Notes: a model not told the origin generated them from the letters alone. Shown: positions 39,667 through 50,274, numbered from the stretch's first letter. The stretch is DNA of 51,571 nucleotides from Nitrospirota bacterium (GCA_023248395.1 JAHFEQ010000003.1:1-51571); one strand, 5' to 3'. Program-made: numbers and translations.

Positions 39667-40557
39667 GTGGTGCAAAGCATGACAGGTTTTGGCCGCAGTG
39701 AGGGTACCTGCTGTGGAATTATCTACAGGGTAGAGATACGGTCAGTTAACCATAGATATTGCGATACGAACGTTAGACTCCCTGACGAGCTTATAAGGTT
39801 TGAGCAAAAGGTCAGGAGTGCTCTATCTGGTAAGTTTTCCAGAGGCAAGTTTGAAGTATCGATATTACAGGTTGACACCCCGCTGAGAGATGTAAGACCA
39901 GAATTAAAAATCTCCACCATAAGACAATATCAGACAATATTAAAGGAGCTATCAAAGGTTTTTAATGTCAACTTTACTATCAGAAAGGACATACGACTAT
40001 CAGATATGTTAGCCCTAAAAGATATGATTACATTTTCAAGGGTAGATTATGGCAATAGTGAAATTGAAGAACCCTTTCTGAAGATATTAGATAAGGCCCT
40101 TGACGAAATCATGAAAATGAGGTGTAAAGAGGGGCGTATAATATACAAAGATCTTAAACGACGGATAGGTAAATTAGAATCCATGACGAAGCATATAGAA
40201 CGGAATGTACCCATCGTAAGCCGTAATATGAAAAAGAGATACTTTGAGCGGATCAAAGAGCTATCTGAAATTCCCCAACTCAATATGGATAGAGTATATC
40301 AGGAACTTGCCATGATGGTTGAACGGATGGATATTACTGAGGAGATCGTGAGGGTAAATAGTCACATTGCTCAGCTAAAAGATAAACTGGATGTCGGGGG
40401 AGTTGTGGGCCGGACTCTCGATTTTCTTTTGCAGGAGGTCAATCGCGAGATTAACACGATAGCCTCAAAGGCATCTGATATGACGATATCGCAGATTATA
40501 GTTGACATGAAGGCAGAGGCAGAGCGTATCAGGGAGCAGGTGCAGAATATTGAGTAA
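39667..40557 (+). CDS. yicC: YicC/YloC family endoribonuclease
   Basis: SMTGFGR, SVNHRY, DITEEIVR, GRTLDFLLQEVNREINT and REQVQNIE motifs. Confidence 0.93.
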   Translation: MVQSMTGFGRSEGTCCGIIYRVEIRSVNHRYCDTNVRLPDELIRFEQKVRSALSGKFSRGKFEVSILQVDTPLRDVRPELKISTIRQYQTILKELSKVFNVNFTIRKDIRLSDMLALKDMITFSRVDYGNSEIEEPFLKILDKALDEIMKMRCKEGRIIYKDLKRRIGKLESMTKHIERNVPIVSRNMKKRYFERIKELSEIPQLNMDRVYQELAMMVERMDITEEIVRVNSHIAQLKDKLDVGGVVGRTLDFLLQEVNREINTIASKASDMTISQIIVDMKAEAERIREQVQNIE

Positions 40558-40621
40558 TTGACACTGAAAAATATCTACCTGCAGTCCCGATGGGGCACCC
40601 GGGCATTTTTGAGTGTCAATT
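40556..40621. repeat. 17-bp inverted repeat enclosing a GATGGGGCACCCGG motif
   Basis: AATTGACACTGAAAAAT (40556-40572) / ATTTTTGAGTGTCAATT (40605-40621), 16/17 match. Confidence 0.75.
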
Positions 40622-40727
40622 TGTTTATGGTTGAGAATTCTTGCTTGGATGTTGTATACTATTGCCCAAAGATTTCCGCATAGTTTGGACGACTGGGTAT
40701 TAATAGTCGGGATCTCAAGGAGAGAGT

Positions 40728-40991
40728 GTGGATTATAAATTGATCAATATAGGATTTGGTAATGTCGTATTGGCATCCCGGGTCATAAGCATCGTATCTT
40801 CCTCCTCTGCTCCAATGAAACGGTTGAAGGAAGAGGCAAAGAAGATAGGGAGGCTCATTGATGCATCTCAGGGAAGAAAGACAAGGACAGTCATTATTAC
40901 GGATAGCGGGCACGTGATACTTTCAGCAGTGCAGGCAGAGACCATTACACAACGTTTCACAGAGAGGAGTGATAAGGATTCTGGAAAATGA
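40728..40991 (+). CDS. remA: RemA/DUF370 family protein
   Basis: [26 protein letters not shown] and HVILSA motifs; yicC-remA-gmk-rpoZ synteny. Confidence 0.9.
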   Translation: MDYKLINIGFGNVVLASRVISIVSSSSAPMKRLKEEAKKIGRLIDASQGRKTRTVIITDSGHVILSAVQAETITQRFTERSDKDSGK

Positions 40992-41653
40992 TTACGCCGG
41001 GAACTGCTAAAGAACTGCATAAAGATCCCTGGACGAAAAGAGGGCTTTTGTTTGTTGTCTCTGCACCTTCCGGGGCCGGTAAGACATCACTCTGTAAAGA
41101 GGTTATGAAATATATCCCAAATCTTATGCACTCCATATCTTATACCACAAGGTCTGCACGACCATCAGAGGTCGATGGCTCTGATTATCACTTTACTTCT
41201 ACCGAAAAATTTAAAAAGATGATAGCGGAGGATGCGTTTATCGAGTGGGCTATCGTGCATGGCAATTACTACGGGACATCTCAGAAGGAATTAAATGAGT
41301 TACTTAATCAGGAGATTGATGTAATATTAGATATCGATTCGCAGGGTGCGTCCCAGATAAAGAAGAGATTCAGGAATGGGGTGTTCATATATGTATTACC
41401 CCCCTCCTTTGAAGATCTCAGGCAGAGGCTAACTGTAAGGAAGGGAGACACACCAGATGAGATAAAGCGGAGATTAGATAACGCCAATGAGGAGGCCAAA
41501 GATTACAGGATGTATGACTACCTTATTATAAATGACGATTTTGATACCGCCCTGGAGAGGCTTAAATCTATTATCATCTCGGCGAGAATAAAGATAGAGA
41601 GGGTTGATCCGGGGTGGGTAGAGTGTAACTTTTTTGCTAAGCGAGGAGGATGA
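40988..41653 (+). CDS. gmk: Guanylate kinase
   Basis: [21 protein letters not shown] and LDIDSQG motifs. Confidence 0.96.
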   Translation: MITPGTAKELHKDPWTKRGLLFVVSAPSGAGKTSLCKEVMKYIPNLMHSISYTTRSARPSEVDGSDYHFTSTEKFKKMIAEDAFIEWAIVHGNYYGTSQKELNELLNQEIDVILDIDSQGASQIKKRFRNGVFIYVLPPSFEDLRQRLTVRKGDTPDEIKRRLDNANEEAKDYRMYDYLIINDDFDTALERLKSIIISARIKIERVDPGWVECNFFAKRGG

Positions 41654-42027
41654 ATATTATGGACATAGTATCCTTACCAATCGTAGTTGATAAGGGGAGA
41701 TTAGATAGCAGGTTCAGGATGGTCGTCCTTGCCACTGAGAGGGCGAGACGACTCATGAGCGGCGTTAAGACAGTGGTCCCTACAAAATATATAAAGGCAT
41801 CCACTATGGCACTGGATGAGCTTTCAGAATGTCAGATTGAGTATGTAACTGGTAAAGAGGCACGGAAGGCCATGCAGGCAGAGGCTGCAAAAGTGCTGCA
41901 AGATACTCAGGTTACAGGGGAGGGGGTAGAAGAGGACGAGATAAAGAAAGAGATCGAAAAGGACCTCGGTGTCTACGTACCAGAACCAGGGGATAACATT
42001 TCAGGGTCTGGGAGCAGGGACGAGTGA
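41650..42027 (+). CDS. rpoZ: RNA polymerase omega subunit
   Basis: DSRFRMVVLATERARRL; position between gmk and coaBC. Confidence 0.85.
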   Translation: MNIMDIVSLPIVVDKGRLDSRFRMVVLATERARRLMSGVKTVVPTKYIKASTMALDELSECQIEYVTGKEARKAMQAEAAKVLQDTQVTGEGVEEDEIKKEIEKDLGVYVPEPGDNISGSGSRDE

Positions 42028-43223
42028 AGCTAACAGGAAAGAAGATCATATTAGGTGTTACAGGCAGTATAGCTGCCTATAAGGCCGTGTACCTCTTGAG
42101 AAGACTTGTGGAGGAAGAGGCAGATGTAACAGTAGTAATGACGACTGAGGCTGCCATATTTATATCCCCCCTGACATTTCGGACCTTATCAAAAAAACCA
42201 GTATATACGGAGATGTTTGAACTCAATCAGCGTGAGGAAATTACCCATTTATATCTGGGTAGAGATGCTGATATGATACTTGTGGCACCCGCTACTGCAA
42301 ATATTATAGGGAAAATGGCGAATGGGATCGCGGATGATCTGTTGAGTACCATTCTCATGGCAGCTAAATGTCCGGTAATTATGGCCCCGGCCATGGACTC
42401 GGAGATGTATGAAAATCCCATCGTCCAGAGGAACATTTCCTGTTTGCGGCAATTTAAGGTCGATTTTACAGGACCTGCGATTGGTCCTCTGGCATCTGGT
42501 ATCTCAGGCCCCGGCCGTATGTCAGATCCGGAGGAGATCCTGTCCTTTGTCGGTGACAAACTCGCGATGGATAAAGATATGGATGGGCATGTCACCTTGA
42601 TTACCGCTGGTCCTACCAGAGAGGCAATTGACCCTGTACGATATATCAGCAACATATCCTCCGGGAAGATGGGATACGCAATAGCTGGGGCAGCGAAAAG
42701 ACGAGGGGCAAGGGTAATACTGATCAGCGGCCCAACGGCACTGACACCTCCGTCCGGGGTAGAGTGTATCCATGTAACAACTTCAGAAGATATGTGCGAC
42801 GCAGTGATGAACAGGCTTGCAGAGGCTACTGTAGTCATCATGGCAGCAGCGGTTTCTGACTTTAGACCTGCTGAGAAAGTTTTCTCAAAAATTAAGAAGG
42901 GTGAAAGTATTACGCTCAATCTTATTAAAACAACAGATATCCTTGAGGAAATACACAGGAAAAAGGGTGCCCAATTTGTAGTTGGATTTGCCGCAGAGAC
43001 TGAAGACCTGATCATCAATGCAAAAGAGAAACTGAAGTCTAAACATTTAGATATGATTGTCGCGAATGATGTCAGCCTTCCAGAGGCTGGTTTTGAGAAG
43101 GATACAAATATTGTGATCCTGATGGACAGGTGGGGTGATGTCATTGAGTATCCTGTGATGTCCAAGTCTGATGTCGCTGATAAGATATTGGACTGTGTGA
43201 TTGCCAGGGTGAGTCATGAATAA
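42024..43223 (+). CDS. coaBC: Phosphopantothenoylcysteine decarboxylase/ligase CoaBC
   Basis: GVTGSIAAYKA, APATAN, TAGPTREAIDPVRYI, SSGKMG and GFAAET motifs. Confidence 0.96.
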   Translation: MKLTGKKIILGVTGSIAAYKAVYLLRRLVEEEADVTVVMTTEAAIFISPLTFRTLSKKPVYTEMFELNQREEITHLYLGRDADMILVAPATANIIGKMANGIADDLLSTILMAAKCPVIMAPAMDSEMYENPIVQRNISCLRQFKVDFTGPAIGPLASGISGPGRMSDPEEILSFVGDKLAMDKDMDGHVTLITAGPTREAIDPVRYISNISSGKMGYAIAGAAKRRGARVILISGPTALTPPSGVECIHVTTSEDMCDAVMNRLAEATVVIMAAAVSDFRPAEKVFSKIKKGESITLNLIKTTDILEEIHRKKGAQFVVGFAAETEDLIINAKEKLKSKHLDMIVANDVSLPEAGFEKDTNIVILMDRWGDVIEYPVMSKSDVADKILDCVIARVSHE

Positions 43224-43944
43224 GGAAAAGGCGGACAGGTTTTTTATCCCTATCGCAGAAGAGTATATTAAGTCCGGTATGTTAGATGACGCCATTGCTG
43301 TCCTTACGGAAGGGCTTCAGGCATACCCTAACTACCTGGGGGCCAGAGTCTCTTTGGGTAAGGCCTATCTTGAGAAAGGGATGACCAATGAGGCGTTGAA
43401 AGAGTTTGAGTATGTCGTACAGCTAAGTCCAGATAACCTTTTTGCCCACAGAAAATTAGTCTCTTTATATAAAGATCTTGGGAGGATTGATGATGCTATA
43501 AAGGCTTGTGAGACCTTGCTCGTTTTCAGTCCCAAAGATAAAGAGATTACAGAGTTATTATCAAATCTAATGGCTGAGAAGATGGAAGGCGTTCCACAGA
43601 CTGAAGGGCCTTCAAAGAATGGGCAGCCTGTGCCTGCTGTACCGCAGGAAAATATAAAGATAGATTTTACATCCTCATGGGAAGTTGAACAAAAAACAGA
43701 GAAAGAACAAGAGAGAGTAGAAGAAGAACTTCTGACAGAGACTATGGGAGATCTGTACGTTGCTCAGGGTAACATAGAAAAAGGTATTGACATATATGGA
43801 CGTATTCTGGAGAGAGAGCCTGATAATGAGTCAGTTAGGGAGAAGTTGAGAGGCAGTAGTCAACAGTTAGCAGGTCGTGGAAGGGATTCACAGATAAACC
43901 GCCTTCAGGGCCTCCTGGAGAAGATACAAAAAAACAAGAGGTAG
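43216..43944 (+). CDS. Tetratricopeptide repeat protein
   Basis: TPR motifs ([32 protein letters not shown]). Confidence 0.82.
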   Translation: MNKEKADRFFIPIAEEYIKSGMLDDAIAVLTEGLQAYPNYLGARVSLGKAYLEKGMTNEALKEFEYVVQLSPDNLFAHRKLVSLYKDLGRIDDAIKACETLLVFSPKDKEITELLSNLMAEKMEGVPQTEGPSKNGQPVPAVPQENIKIDFTSSWEVEQKTEKEQERVEEELLTETMGDLYVAQGNIEKGIDIYGRILEREPDNESVREKLRGSSQQLAGRGRDSQINRLQGLLEKIQKNKR

Positions 43945-43946
43945 AT

Positions 43947-44390
43947 GTGGAAAAGATATTGGTCATTCATGGTCCTAATCTAAACATGCTTGGGAAGAGG
44001 GAAGTAGGGGTCTATGGGAACATAACCCTCAACGAAGTAAATGAGTCTCTCAGAACCCTTGCAAAAGGACTTGAAATGAATGTTGACATCTTTCAGTCTA
44101 ACTCTGAGGGGGCTCTTATAGACAAAATACAGGAGGCATCTGCCAGGTATGATGCTATTGTGCTCAATCCGGGAGGTTACACTCACACCAGTGTATCCCT
44201 TCGGGATGCTATCGCGGCGATAGATATACCGGTTATCGAGGTGCATATCTCAAATATATACAGGAGAGAGGAGTTTCGTCATTATTCCTATGTCTCCGGA
44301 GTTGCTGCAGGTCAGATTGCAGGATTTGGAGTCAATAGCTACTTGCTGGGGTTAAGGGCTGCCGTCGAGATTGTAAGAAGTAAGAGGTAA
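43947..44390 (+). CDS. aroQ: Type II 3-dehydroquinate dehydratase
   Basis: [27 protein letters not shown] and EVHISN motifs. Confidence 0.96.
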   Translation: MEKILVIHGPNLNMLGKREVGVYGNITLNEVNESLRTLAKGLEMNVDIFQSNSEGALIDKIQEASARYDAIVLNPGGYTHTSVSLRDAIAAIDIPVIEVHISNIYRREEFRHYSYVSGVAAGQIAGFGVNSYLLGLRAAVEIVRSKR

Positions 44391-44393
44391 GAA
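44373..44393 (+). repeat. Heptamer array overlapping the aroQ stop
   Basis: GTAAGAA GTAAGAG GTAAGAA. Confidence 0.65.
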
Positions 44394-44440
44394 GACTTCT
44401 AAAAAATCTCTGGAATCATATAAAAGGGGAGGAAGAGACG

Positions 44441-45001
44441 TTGATAACTGTCGGTGATCTGAGAACGGGGAACAAGGTAGAATTGGATGGAGAGCCATAT
44501 ATTGTCGTGGATGCCCAGCATGTTAAACCTGGAAAGGGAGGGGCATTTTGCAGGACAAAAATGAAGAGCCTCAAAAGCGGGAGTATTCTTGAACGGACAT
44601 TCAGGGTAGGTGAGAAGCTCGATGAACCTAATTTAGAAGAAAAAGAGGTGCAGTATCTCTATTCTGCTGAAGGTCAGTACTATTTTATGGAGATTAACAC
44701 CTTTGAGCAACTATTTTTACGGGGGGATCAGCTTGGGGCGAGCAAAAACTATCTCAAGGAAAATATGGTCTTAAATATTTTATACTTCAATGAAAACCCG
44801 ATAGGGATAGATTTGCCCTTATCCGTAGAGCTGACCATTGCGAAGACAGATCCGGGTATTCGTGGTGATACGGCTACAGGGGGTTCAAAGCCGGCAGTCC
44901 TCGAAACGGGTGCAGTCGTGAAGGTCCCTTTATATCTCAATGAAGGGGATATCATAAAGGTTGATACACGTAACGGAGAATTTATTGAAAGGGTGAGATG
45001 A
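44441..45001 (+). CDS. efp: Elongation factor P
   Basis: HVKPGKGGAF, RGDTATGG and KVDTR motifs. Confidence 0.97.
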   Translation: MITVGDLRTGNKVELDGEPYIVVDAQHVKPGKGGAFCRTKMKSLKSGSILERTFRVGEKLDEPNLEEKEVQYLYSAEGQYYFMEINTFEQLFLRGDQLGASKNYLKENMVLNILYFNENPIGIDLPLSVELTIAKTDPGIRGDTATGGSKPAVLETGAVVKVPLYLNEGDIIKVDTRNGEFIERVR

Positions 45002-45513
45002 AAGAGCCAAACGATCCTAAATCAGTAAAGTCTGCAAAAAAGTCGTGGGTTGCCATCGATGATATAAGAGTGCTCATGGACCTTATCAAGGACACAGAGG
45101 TCTCTGAGCTTGAGGTTGAAAAGGGTGGGATTCGTGTCAGGATAAAGAAATCCGCCCCCCTGGCAGCATCAGGTCTGAAGAGAATCCAGGAGAACGTATC
45201 GGCTACATTTTCCACTCCCGCTGTAACCCAGGGGTCTATACATCAGGTTTTTGAGGTGGTAGAAGATAAATATTATAATGTCAGCTCTCCTATTGTCGGG
45301 ACATTCTTTCGGGCACCATCACCTGGAACAGAACCCTATGCCAATGTAGGTGATGTCGTAAAAAAGGGTCAGATCCTCTGTATTGTTGAGGCCATGAAGC
45401 TGATGAACGAGATCGAATCAGAGATTGATGGAAAGATCATTGAGATACTGGTTCAGGATTCTCAGCCAGTAGAGTATGGTGAAATCTTGTTTAAGATAGA
45501 GCCTCTCTCATAG
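44998..45513 (+). CDS. accB: Acetyl-CoA carboxylase biotin carboxyl carrier protein
   Basis: SPIVGTFF and EAMKLMNEI biotinylation motif. Confidence 0.96.
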   Translation: MKEPNDPKSVKSAKKSWVAIDDIRVLMDLIKDTEVSELEVEKGGIRVRIKKSAPLAASGLKRIQENVSATFSTPAVTQGSIHQVFEVVEDKYYNVSSPIVGTFFRAPSPGTEPYANVGDVVKKGQILCIVEAMKLMNEIESEIDGKIIEILVQDSQPVEYGEILFKIEPLS

Positions 45514-45522
45514 CATATTATT

Positions 45523-46863
45523 ATGTTTCATAAAGTACTTATAGCCAACCGGGGGGAGATAGCCCTTAGAATAATCCGTGCATGCAAAGAGCTTGGTATC
45601 AAGACTGTGGCCATCTATTCAAAGGCCGACGAATTGTCCCTGCATGTCCGGTTTGCCGATGAACGAGTCTGTGTAGGTCCTCCGGATAGTGCTCAGAGTT
45701 ATAGAAATATACCGAATATCCTTAGTGCCGCGGAGATCAGGGATGCAGAGGCAATCCATCCTGGCTATGGTTTTCTTGCTGAGAATGCCCACTTTGCAGA
45801 GGCGTGTGAAGCCGCAGGGATTGTCTTCATCGGGCCGACACCGGATAACATAGCCATGATGGGGGATAAGGCTAAGGCGAAAGAGACTATGATTAAGTGC
45901 GGCATGCCTATTTTGCCGGGCAGCAGAGGTGTTGTGTCTTCTGAAAAAGAGGCCCTGAATGTCATAAAAGAGATAGGATTTCCTGTCATTATAAAGGCAT
46001 GTGCAGGTGGGGGTGGAAGGGGAATGAGGGTGGTTCATAAAGAGCAGGAGTTGGTCAATACTTTCCTCATGGCCCAGGCAGAGGCCAAGGCATCGTTCGG
46101 AAGTGATCAAGTGTACATAGAGAAGTTCTTCTCTAACCCCAGGCATGTTGAGGTACAGATATTGGCGGACAAGTCTGGTAATGTGATCCATCTTGGAGAG
46201 AGGGAGTGCTCGGTGCAGCGCAGGCATCAAAAGCTCATAGAAGAGACGCCATCACCAATCGTAGATGAAAAGATGAGAAAGAAGATGGGAGAAGTGGCAG
46301 TAAAGGCCTCTAAATCTCTCGCTTATATAAATGCCGGGACCATAGAATTTCTTGTCGACGAAGAGAATAATTTTTATTTTATGGAGATGAACACCCGTAT
46401 CCAGGTAGAGCATCCCATTACAGAAATGGTTACGGGCATAGACCTTGTAAAGGAACAAATTCGGGTCGCTGCAGGAGAGCCATTGCGGTATAAACAAAAG
46501 GATATCCGAATGATGGGACACAGTATTGAGTGCCGGATCAATGCTGAAGACTCTGAGAAGTTTACACCATCTCCGGGGAGAATTACAGCCTACTGTGCCC
46601 CTGGCGGTCCTGGTGTGAGGTTAGACTCCGCAGCCTATGCCGGTTATACAGTTCCACCGTTCTACGATTCTGTCATAGCCAAGCTGATCGTCCATAGCGC
46701 AGACAGAGAAGATGCCATTTCCAGGATGGGCAGAGCCCTTGACGAATTTGTCATCGAAGGGATAAAGACCACCATCCCATTCCATAAAAGGGTCCTCCAA
46801 AGTCGAGAATTTTTGTCAGGGAAATATTCTACGAACCTCGTTGAACAGTTACTCAGTCAATAA
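45523..46863 (+). CDS. accC: Acetyl-CoA carboxylase biotin carboxylase subunit
   Basis: [23 protein letters not shown] and [10 protein letters not shown] motifs. Confidence 0.97.
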   Translation: MFHKVLIANRGEIALRIIRACKELGIKTVAIYSKADELSLHVRFADERVCVGPPDSAQSYRNIPNILSAAEIRDAEAIHPGYGFLAENAHFAEACEAAGIVFIGPTPDNIAMMGDKAKAKETMIKCGMPILPGSRGVVSSEKEALNVIKEIGFPVIIKACAGGGGRGMRVVHKEQELVNTFLMAQAEAKASFGSDQVYIEKFFSNPRHVEVQILADKSGNVIHLGERECSVQRRHQKLIEETPSPIVDEKMRKKMGEVAVKASKSLAYINAGTIEFLVDEENNFYFMEMNTRIQVEHPITEMVTGIDLVKEQIRVAAGEPLRYKQKDIRMMGHSIECRINAEDSEKFTPSPGRITAYCAPGGPGVRLDSAAYAGYTVPPFYDSVIAKLIVHSADREDAISRMGRALDEFVIEGIKTTIPFHKRVLQSREFLSGKYSTNLVEQLLSQ

Positions 46864-46873
46864 TAGATAGCCT

Positions 46874-46998
46874 GTAATTGCCTGATTTATCGGGCAATAG
46901 GAAGGTTGTAGTTGCCTGATTTGTCAGGCATGGGCGCAGGAAACCCAATACCACCCATTCCATTGGCCTTCGGCCGCAATGGGTACCCGGCAACTATA
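46874..46998. repeat. Cluster of GTAG-type REP palindromes with a nested second element
   Basis: GTAATTGCCTGATTTATCGGGCA (46874-46896), GTAGTTGCCTGATTTGTCAGGCA (46908-46930), then CCATTGGCCTTCGGCCGCAATGGGTACCCGG joined to inverted REP end GGCAACTATA. Confidence 0.8.
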
Positions 46999-47011
46999 AC
47001 GGTATTTTCGA

Positions 47012-47638
47012 GTGAAGAAAAGAAAAATAAAAGGTCTCTACCTGATCCTTGATCAACAGCACACGAAAACGGATATTGTCTCTATAGCGATAGAGGCTGT
47101 AGAGACCGGGGTGGATATCATCCAGTACAGAGAAAAGGTACTGACAAAGAAGGATGCCTTAGTTGTAGCGAAAAGGCTTCGGGAGATTACCGAAAAGGCT
47201 GGTGTCTTATTTATTGTCAATGATGATCCAGCACTTGCCCTTGCGGTTGATGCTGACGGGGTCCATCTCGGACAAGAGGATATCCCGGTTGATATTGCAC
47301 GAAGGATTTTGGGGAAAGATAAGGTAATAGGCCTCTCTACACATTGCTTTGAAGAGGCAACAGCAGCAAACAACCTCGATGTGGACTACATAGGATTCGG
47401 TCCGATATTCCATTCCAGTACAAAGATGGTGACCTCACCATATGGTGTTGAGGGAATAAGAAGGGTAAGGGCAGGTGCATCAGTACCCGTGATGGCAATA
47501 GGTGGCATAAATCATGAAAATGTCTCTGATGTGATAAGGGCTGGTGCAGATGGTGTCGCCGTGATTTCCGCCATTCTTTCAGCATCGGATATCAAAGAGG
47601 CCGTCCGCGAGTTTAAGGAAAGGATTAAGGCCAGTTAG
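47012..47638 (+). CDS. thiE: Thiamine phosphate synthase
   Basis: QYREK, IVNDD, GVHLGQED, GLSTH and AIGGI motifs. Confidence 0.95.
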   Translation: MKKRKIKGLYLILDQQHTKTDIVSIAIEAVETGVDIIQYREKVLTKKDALVVAKRLREITEKAGVLFIVNDDPALALAVDADGVHLGQEDIPVDIARRILGKDKVIGLSTHCFEEATAANNLDVDYIGFGPIFHSSTKMVTSPYGVEGIRRVRAGASVPVMAIGGINHENVSDVIRAGADGVAVISAILSASDIKEAVREFKERIKAS

Positions 47639-48277
47639 TTTCCCTTTTGATATATAAGGTATAGTGCCAATGACAGGAATCCCAGAAAGACTTTCTATAG
47701 TCTCTGAGCAGCTTCTCTCTGCTAATGTGTTTTCCCCCTTTCTGCTGTAATTTATTACAATCCCTATCAGAGGTGTTTTTCTTTCCTTCAAGCAGTTTAT
47801 TGTCAGCATAGTGTGATTAATTGTTCCAAGCCCAGGTCTTGTGACTATGAGGGCAGGAAGCTTGAGTCTCTTTATCAGGTCTGCAAGATAGAAGCTCTGG
47901 GTTATAGGGACCAGGACACCGCCGATACCTTCTATGATCATGTACTCATGTCTTTTGCACAGCGTTTTAAAAGATTTTATGATCCTTTCAGGATTTATTA
48001 CGACATTATTTTCTGTAGCAGCGACAAAAGGGGCTACAGGCTCTCTGAATGAGTACGGGGTGATAAGTCCTAATGAATCTTCAACAGAGGCGGATTTGGC
48101 GAGTTTGACAGAGTCTTCAGGAATCAGAGTTCCTTTCCTTGTTTTACAGCCGGTGTGGATCGGTTTCATGACCCCGACATTGATGCCTCGTTCCCTAAAC
48201 GCAGAAGCAATGCCAGCCGCCACCAAAGTCTTACCCACTCCTGTGTCGGTTCCGGTGATGAAGATTCCGCGTACCAA
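47579..48277 (-). CDS. bioD: Dethiobiotin synthase
   Basis: FITGTDTGVGKT, MKP, EGIGG and LGTINHT motifs. Confidence 0.95.
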   Translation of the reverse strand: MVRGIFITGTDTGVGKTLVAAGIASAFRERGINVGVMKPIHTGCKTRKGTLIPEDSVKLAKSASVEDSLGLITPYSFREPVAPFVAATENNVVINPERIIKSFKTLCKRHEYMIIEGIGGVLVPITQSFYLADLIKRLKLPALIVTRPGLGTINHTMLTINCLKERKTPLIGIVINYSRKGENTLAERSCSETIESLSGIPVIGTIPYISKGKLTGLNPFLKLADGLFDIRC

Positions 48278-48318
48278 TTGTGACCCCTTTAGCTTTATAA
48301 CACCCTCCTCTCTTGCTG

Positions 48319-49050
48319 CTACACCCTGCTATCCAGATTAAAGACCTGTCCGGATATATTTTTCATCAGTGACAAGTTGTATACAAATTCCGCCACTTCG
48401 GAAATATCCTGCTCTTGCTTCAGGATATTCGATGAGATAACCTTATCCTTTGCAGACCCGGATAGATTCTGCACCATATCCGTTCTCATAAAACCTGGTA
48501 GTACCGCATTCACCTGAATATTGAATTCTCCCAGTTCTAATGCTGCGGACTTTGTCAGCCCTATCAATCCTGCCTTTGCGGCAGAGTAGGCAGCCTGGCC
48601 TGCCTTCCCTTTAAGGCCGGACCAGGAGGAGATATTGATGATGTGACCACTCTTTTTTTTCACCATGGACTCTGATACAGCCCTGCTTGTATTAAATGCA
48701 CTGGTAAGATTCGTGGCAATCGTCTCCTCCCAATCTTCTATTTTCACCTTTGGGAGTATGTTGTCTTTCGTAATCCCGGCATTATTTATCAGGACATCTA
48801 TCAAACCCCATCTCTCACATATTGCGTCAATCATAGAGTTGACCTCTACTGATGACCTTACATCCGCACAAAGGGGGATAGCCTCGCCACCGCTATCAAC
48901 GATCTTACTGACCACAGCGAGGGCCGCATCCTTACTCCGGAAATAATTCGCAGCGACCCTGAATCCTCCTGCTGAAAATCTCAACGCCAGCATGCGGCCA
49001 AGCCCACGTGATGCGCCGGTGATGAGGACGACCTTTTTCATGACAAACAT
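48319..49050 (-). CDS. SDR oxidoreductase, FabG-like
   Basis: TGASRGLG, NNAGIT and YSAAK motifs; start ATG 49050 or 49041. Confidence 0.9.
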   Translation of the reverse strand: MFVMKKVVLITGASRGLGRMLALRFSAGGFRVAANYFRSKDAALAVVSKIVDSGGEAIPLCADVRSSVEVNSMIDAICERWGLIDVLINNAGITKDNILPKVKIEDWEETIATNLTSAFNTSRAVSESMVKKKSGHIINISSWSGLKGKAGQAAYSAAKAGLIGLTKSAALELGEFNIQVNAVLPGFMRTDMVQNLSGSAKDKVISSNILKQEQDISEVAEFVYNLSLMKNISGQVFNLDSRV

Positions 49051-49052
49051 AA

Positions 49053-49096
49053 ATTCCCCCTCACCCTGTCCCTCTCCCCTAAGAGGAGAGGGAATT
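49053..49096 (-). repeat. boxC-like hairpin/G4 element between bioF and the SDR gene
   Basis: Minus strand TTCCCTCTCCTCTTAGGGGAGAGGGACAGGGTGAGGGGGAA. Confidence 0.88.
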
Positions 49097-49097
49097 T

Positions 49098-50270
49098 TCA
49101 AATTATCCTGAGCTCTTTACCTACCGTCTCAAATACTCCTGAACAAAATTCTATATCCGATTCACTGTGAGCGGCTGTGACAGTTGTCCTTATCCTGCAA
49201 CTTCCTTCAGGGACAGTGGGTGGACGTATCGGAGCCGCATATATTCCCTCCTCGAATAGTCTCTTTGAGAATAAAAGAGTATCTTCTACCCCTCCTGTGA
49301 GTATAGGGATAATCGGAGTCTCACTGTCCAGGGTATTAAACCCAAGAGATTTTAGTCTTTCTCCAAATAATCTTGTGGTTCGCCATAATATATTCAGTAT
49401 CTCGTGATCTTCTTTAAGAATTTTTATGGCAGCGATCGATGCGGCTATGACGGATGGAGGAAGTGCCGTTGTGTATATGAAGGCCCTGGCCTTATTAATC
49501 AGATACTCCTTAACTTGCTTAGTGGATGCAATATAGGCCCCGAAAGAGCCTAATGCCTTACTGTAAGTTCCCATCTGAATAATGCCATTATCTGTCAGCC
49601 CGAAGTGCTCTAATGACCCGTGACCTGTCTTTCCTAAAACACCGGTAGCATGGGCATCATCTACAATAAGAATGGCATCATGATCCTTTACGGCCGTAAT
49701 AATATCAGGGAGTGGGGCTATGTCACCCTCCATACTAAAGACACTATCCGTGATGACAATCCTTCTCCGATAGCCAGCAGCCATTGATAATAATGAACGC
49801 AAATGCGGCACATCCCTGTGATGATACACAAAAACCTTTGCCCTGCTGAGTCTGCACCCATCGATGATGCTTGCATGATTCAATGCGTCGCTAAAAATGG
49901 CATCTTGTTCATCTGCAAGGGCCTGTAAGGCTCCGGCATTTGCCATATACCCCGTATTAAATACCAGTGACGTCTCTGTTCCTTTGAGTTCTGCTGTGAC
50001 ATCTTCTAACCGCTCATGGATCTTCATGTTCCCTGATATCAGCCGGGAGGCAGCGGCACTATTTCCATAATCTCTGATGGCCGCGATGGACGCGTCCTTT
50101 AATGCCTGGTGATTGGCAAGCCCAAGGTAGTTATTTGAGCAGAGGGAGATAAGTTCCCTGCCGTTGATAGTGATCCTTGACGACTGGTCAGAATCAACCC
50201 TCTTCAGGGTTCGAAAGAGGTGTGATTCCTTCAGAAGCTCTAATTCTTCTTTTAAGGTCTTAAGGCGCAT
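49098..50270 (-). CDS. bioF: 8-amino-7-oxononanoate synthase
   Basis: SNNYLGL, GYMAN, NHASIIDG, DDAHATG, GTYSKALG and IRPPTVP motifs. Confidence 0.96.
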   Translation of the reverse strand: MRLKTLKEELELLKESHLFRTLKRVDSDQSSRITINGRELISLCSNNYLGLANHQALKDASIAAIRDYGNSAAASRLISGNMKIHERLEDVTAELKGTETSLVFNTGYMANAGALQALADEQDAIFSDALNHASIIDGCRLSRAKVFVYHHRDVPHLRSLLSMAAGYRRRIVITDSVFSMEGDIAPLPDIITAVKDHDAILIVDDAHATGVLGKTGHGSLEHFGLTDNGIIQMGTYSKALGSFGAYIASTKQVKEYLINKARAFIYTTALPPSVIAASIAAIKILKEDHEILNILWRTTRLFGERLKSLGFNTLDSETPIIPILTGGVEDTLLFSKRLFEEGIYAAPIRPPTVPEGSCRIRTTVTAAHSESDIEFCSGVFETVGKELRII

Positions 50271-50274
50271 ACAT

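Noticed and set aside
42227..43165. 312-aa ORF antisense to coaBC
   Set aside because: In-register antisense shadow of a conserved gene; no recognisable motifs.
45619..46230. 203-aa ORF antisense to accC, and the many other short antisense ORFs in the track
   Set aside because: Fully nested opposite well-supported genes; no motifs or RBS support.
49051..49101. Predicted SDR N-terminal extension MKIPSPLRGEGQGEGEF
   Set aside because: It is the translation of the intergenic repeat; ATG 49050/49041 fits SDR length better, so it is not counted as an in-frame insertion.
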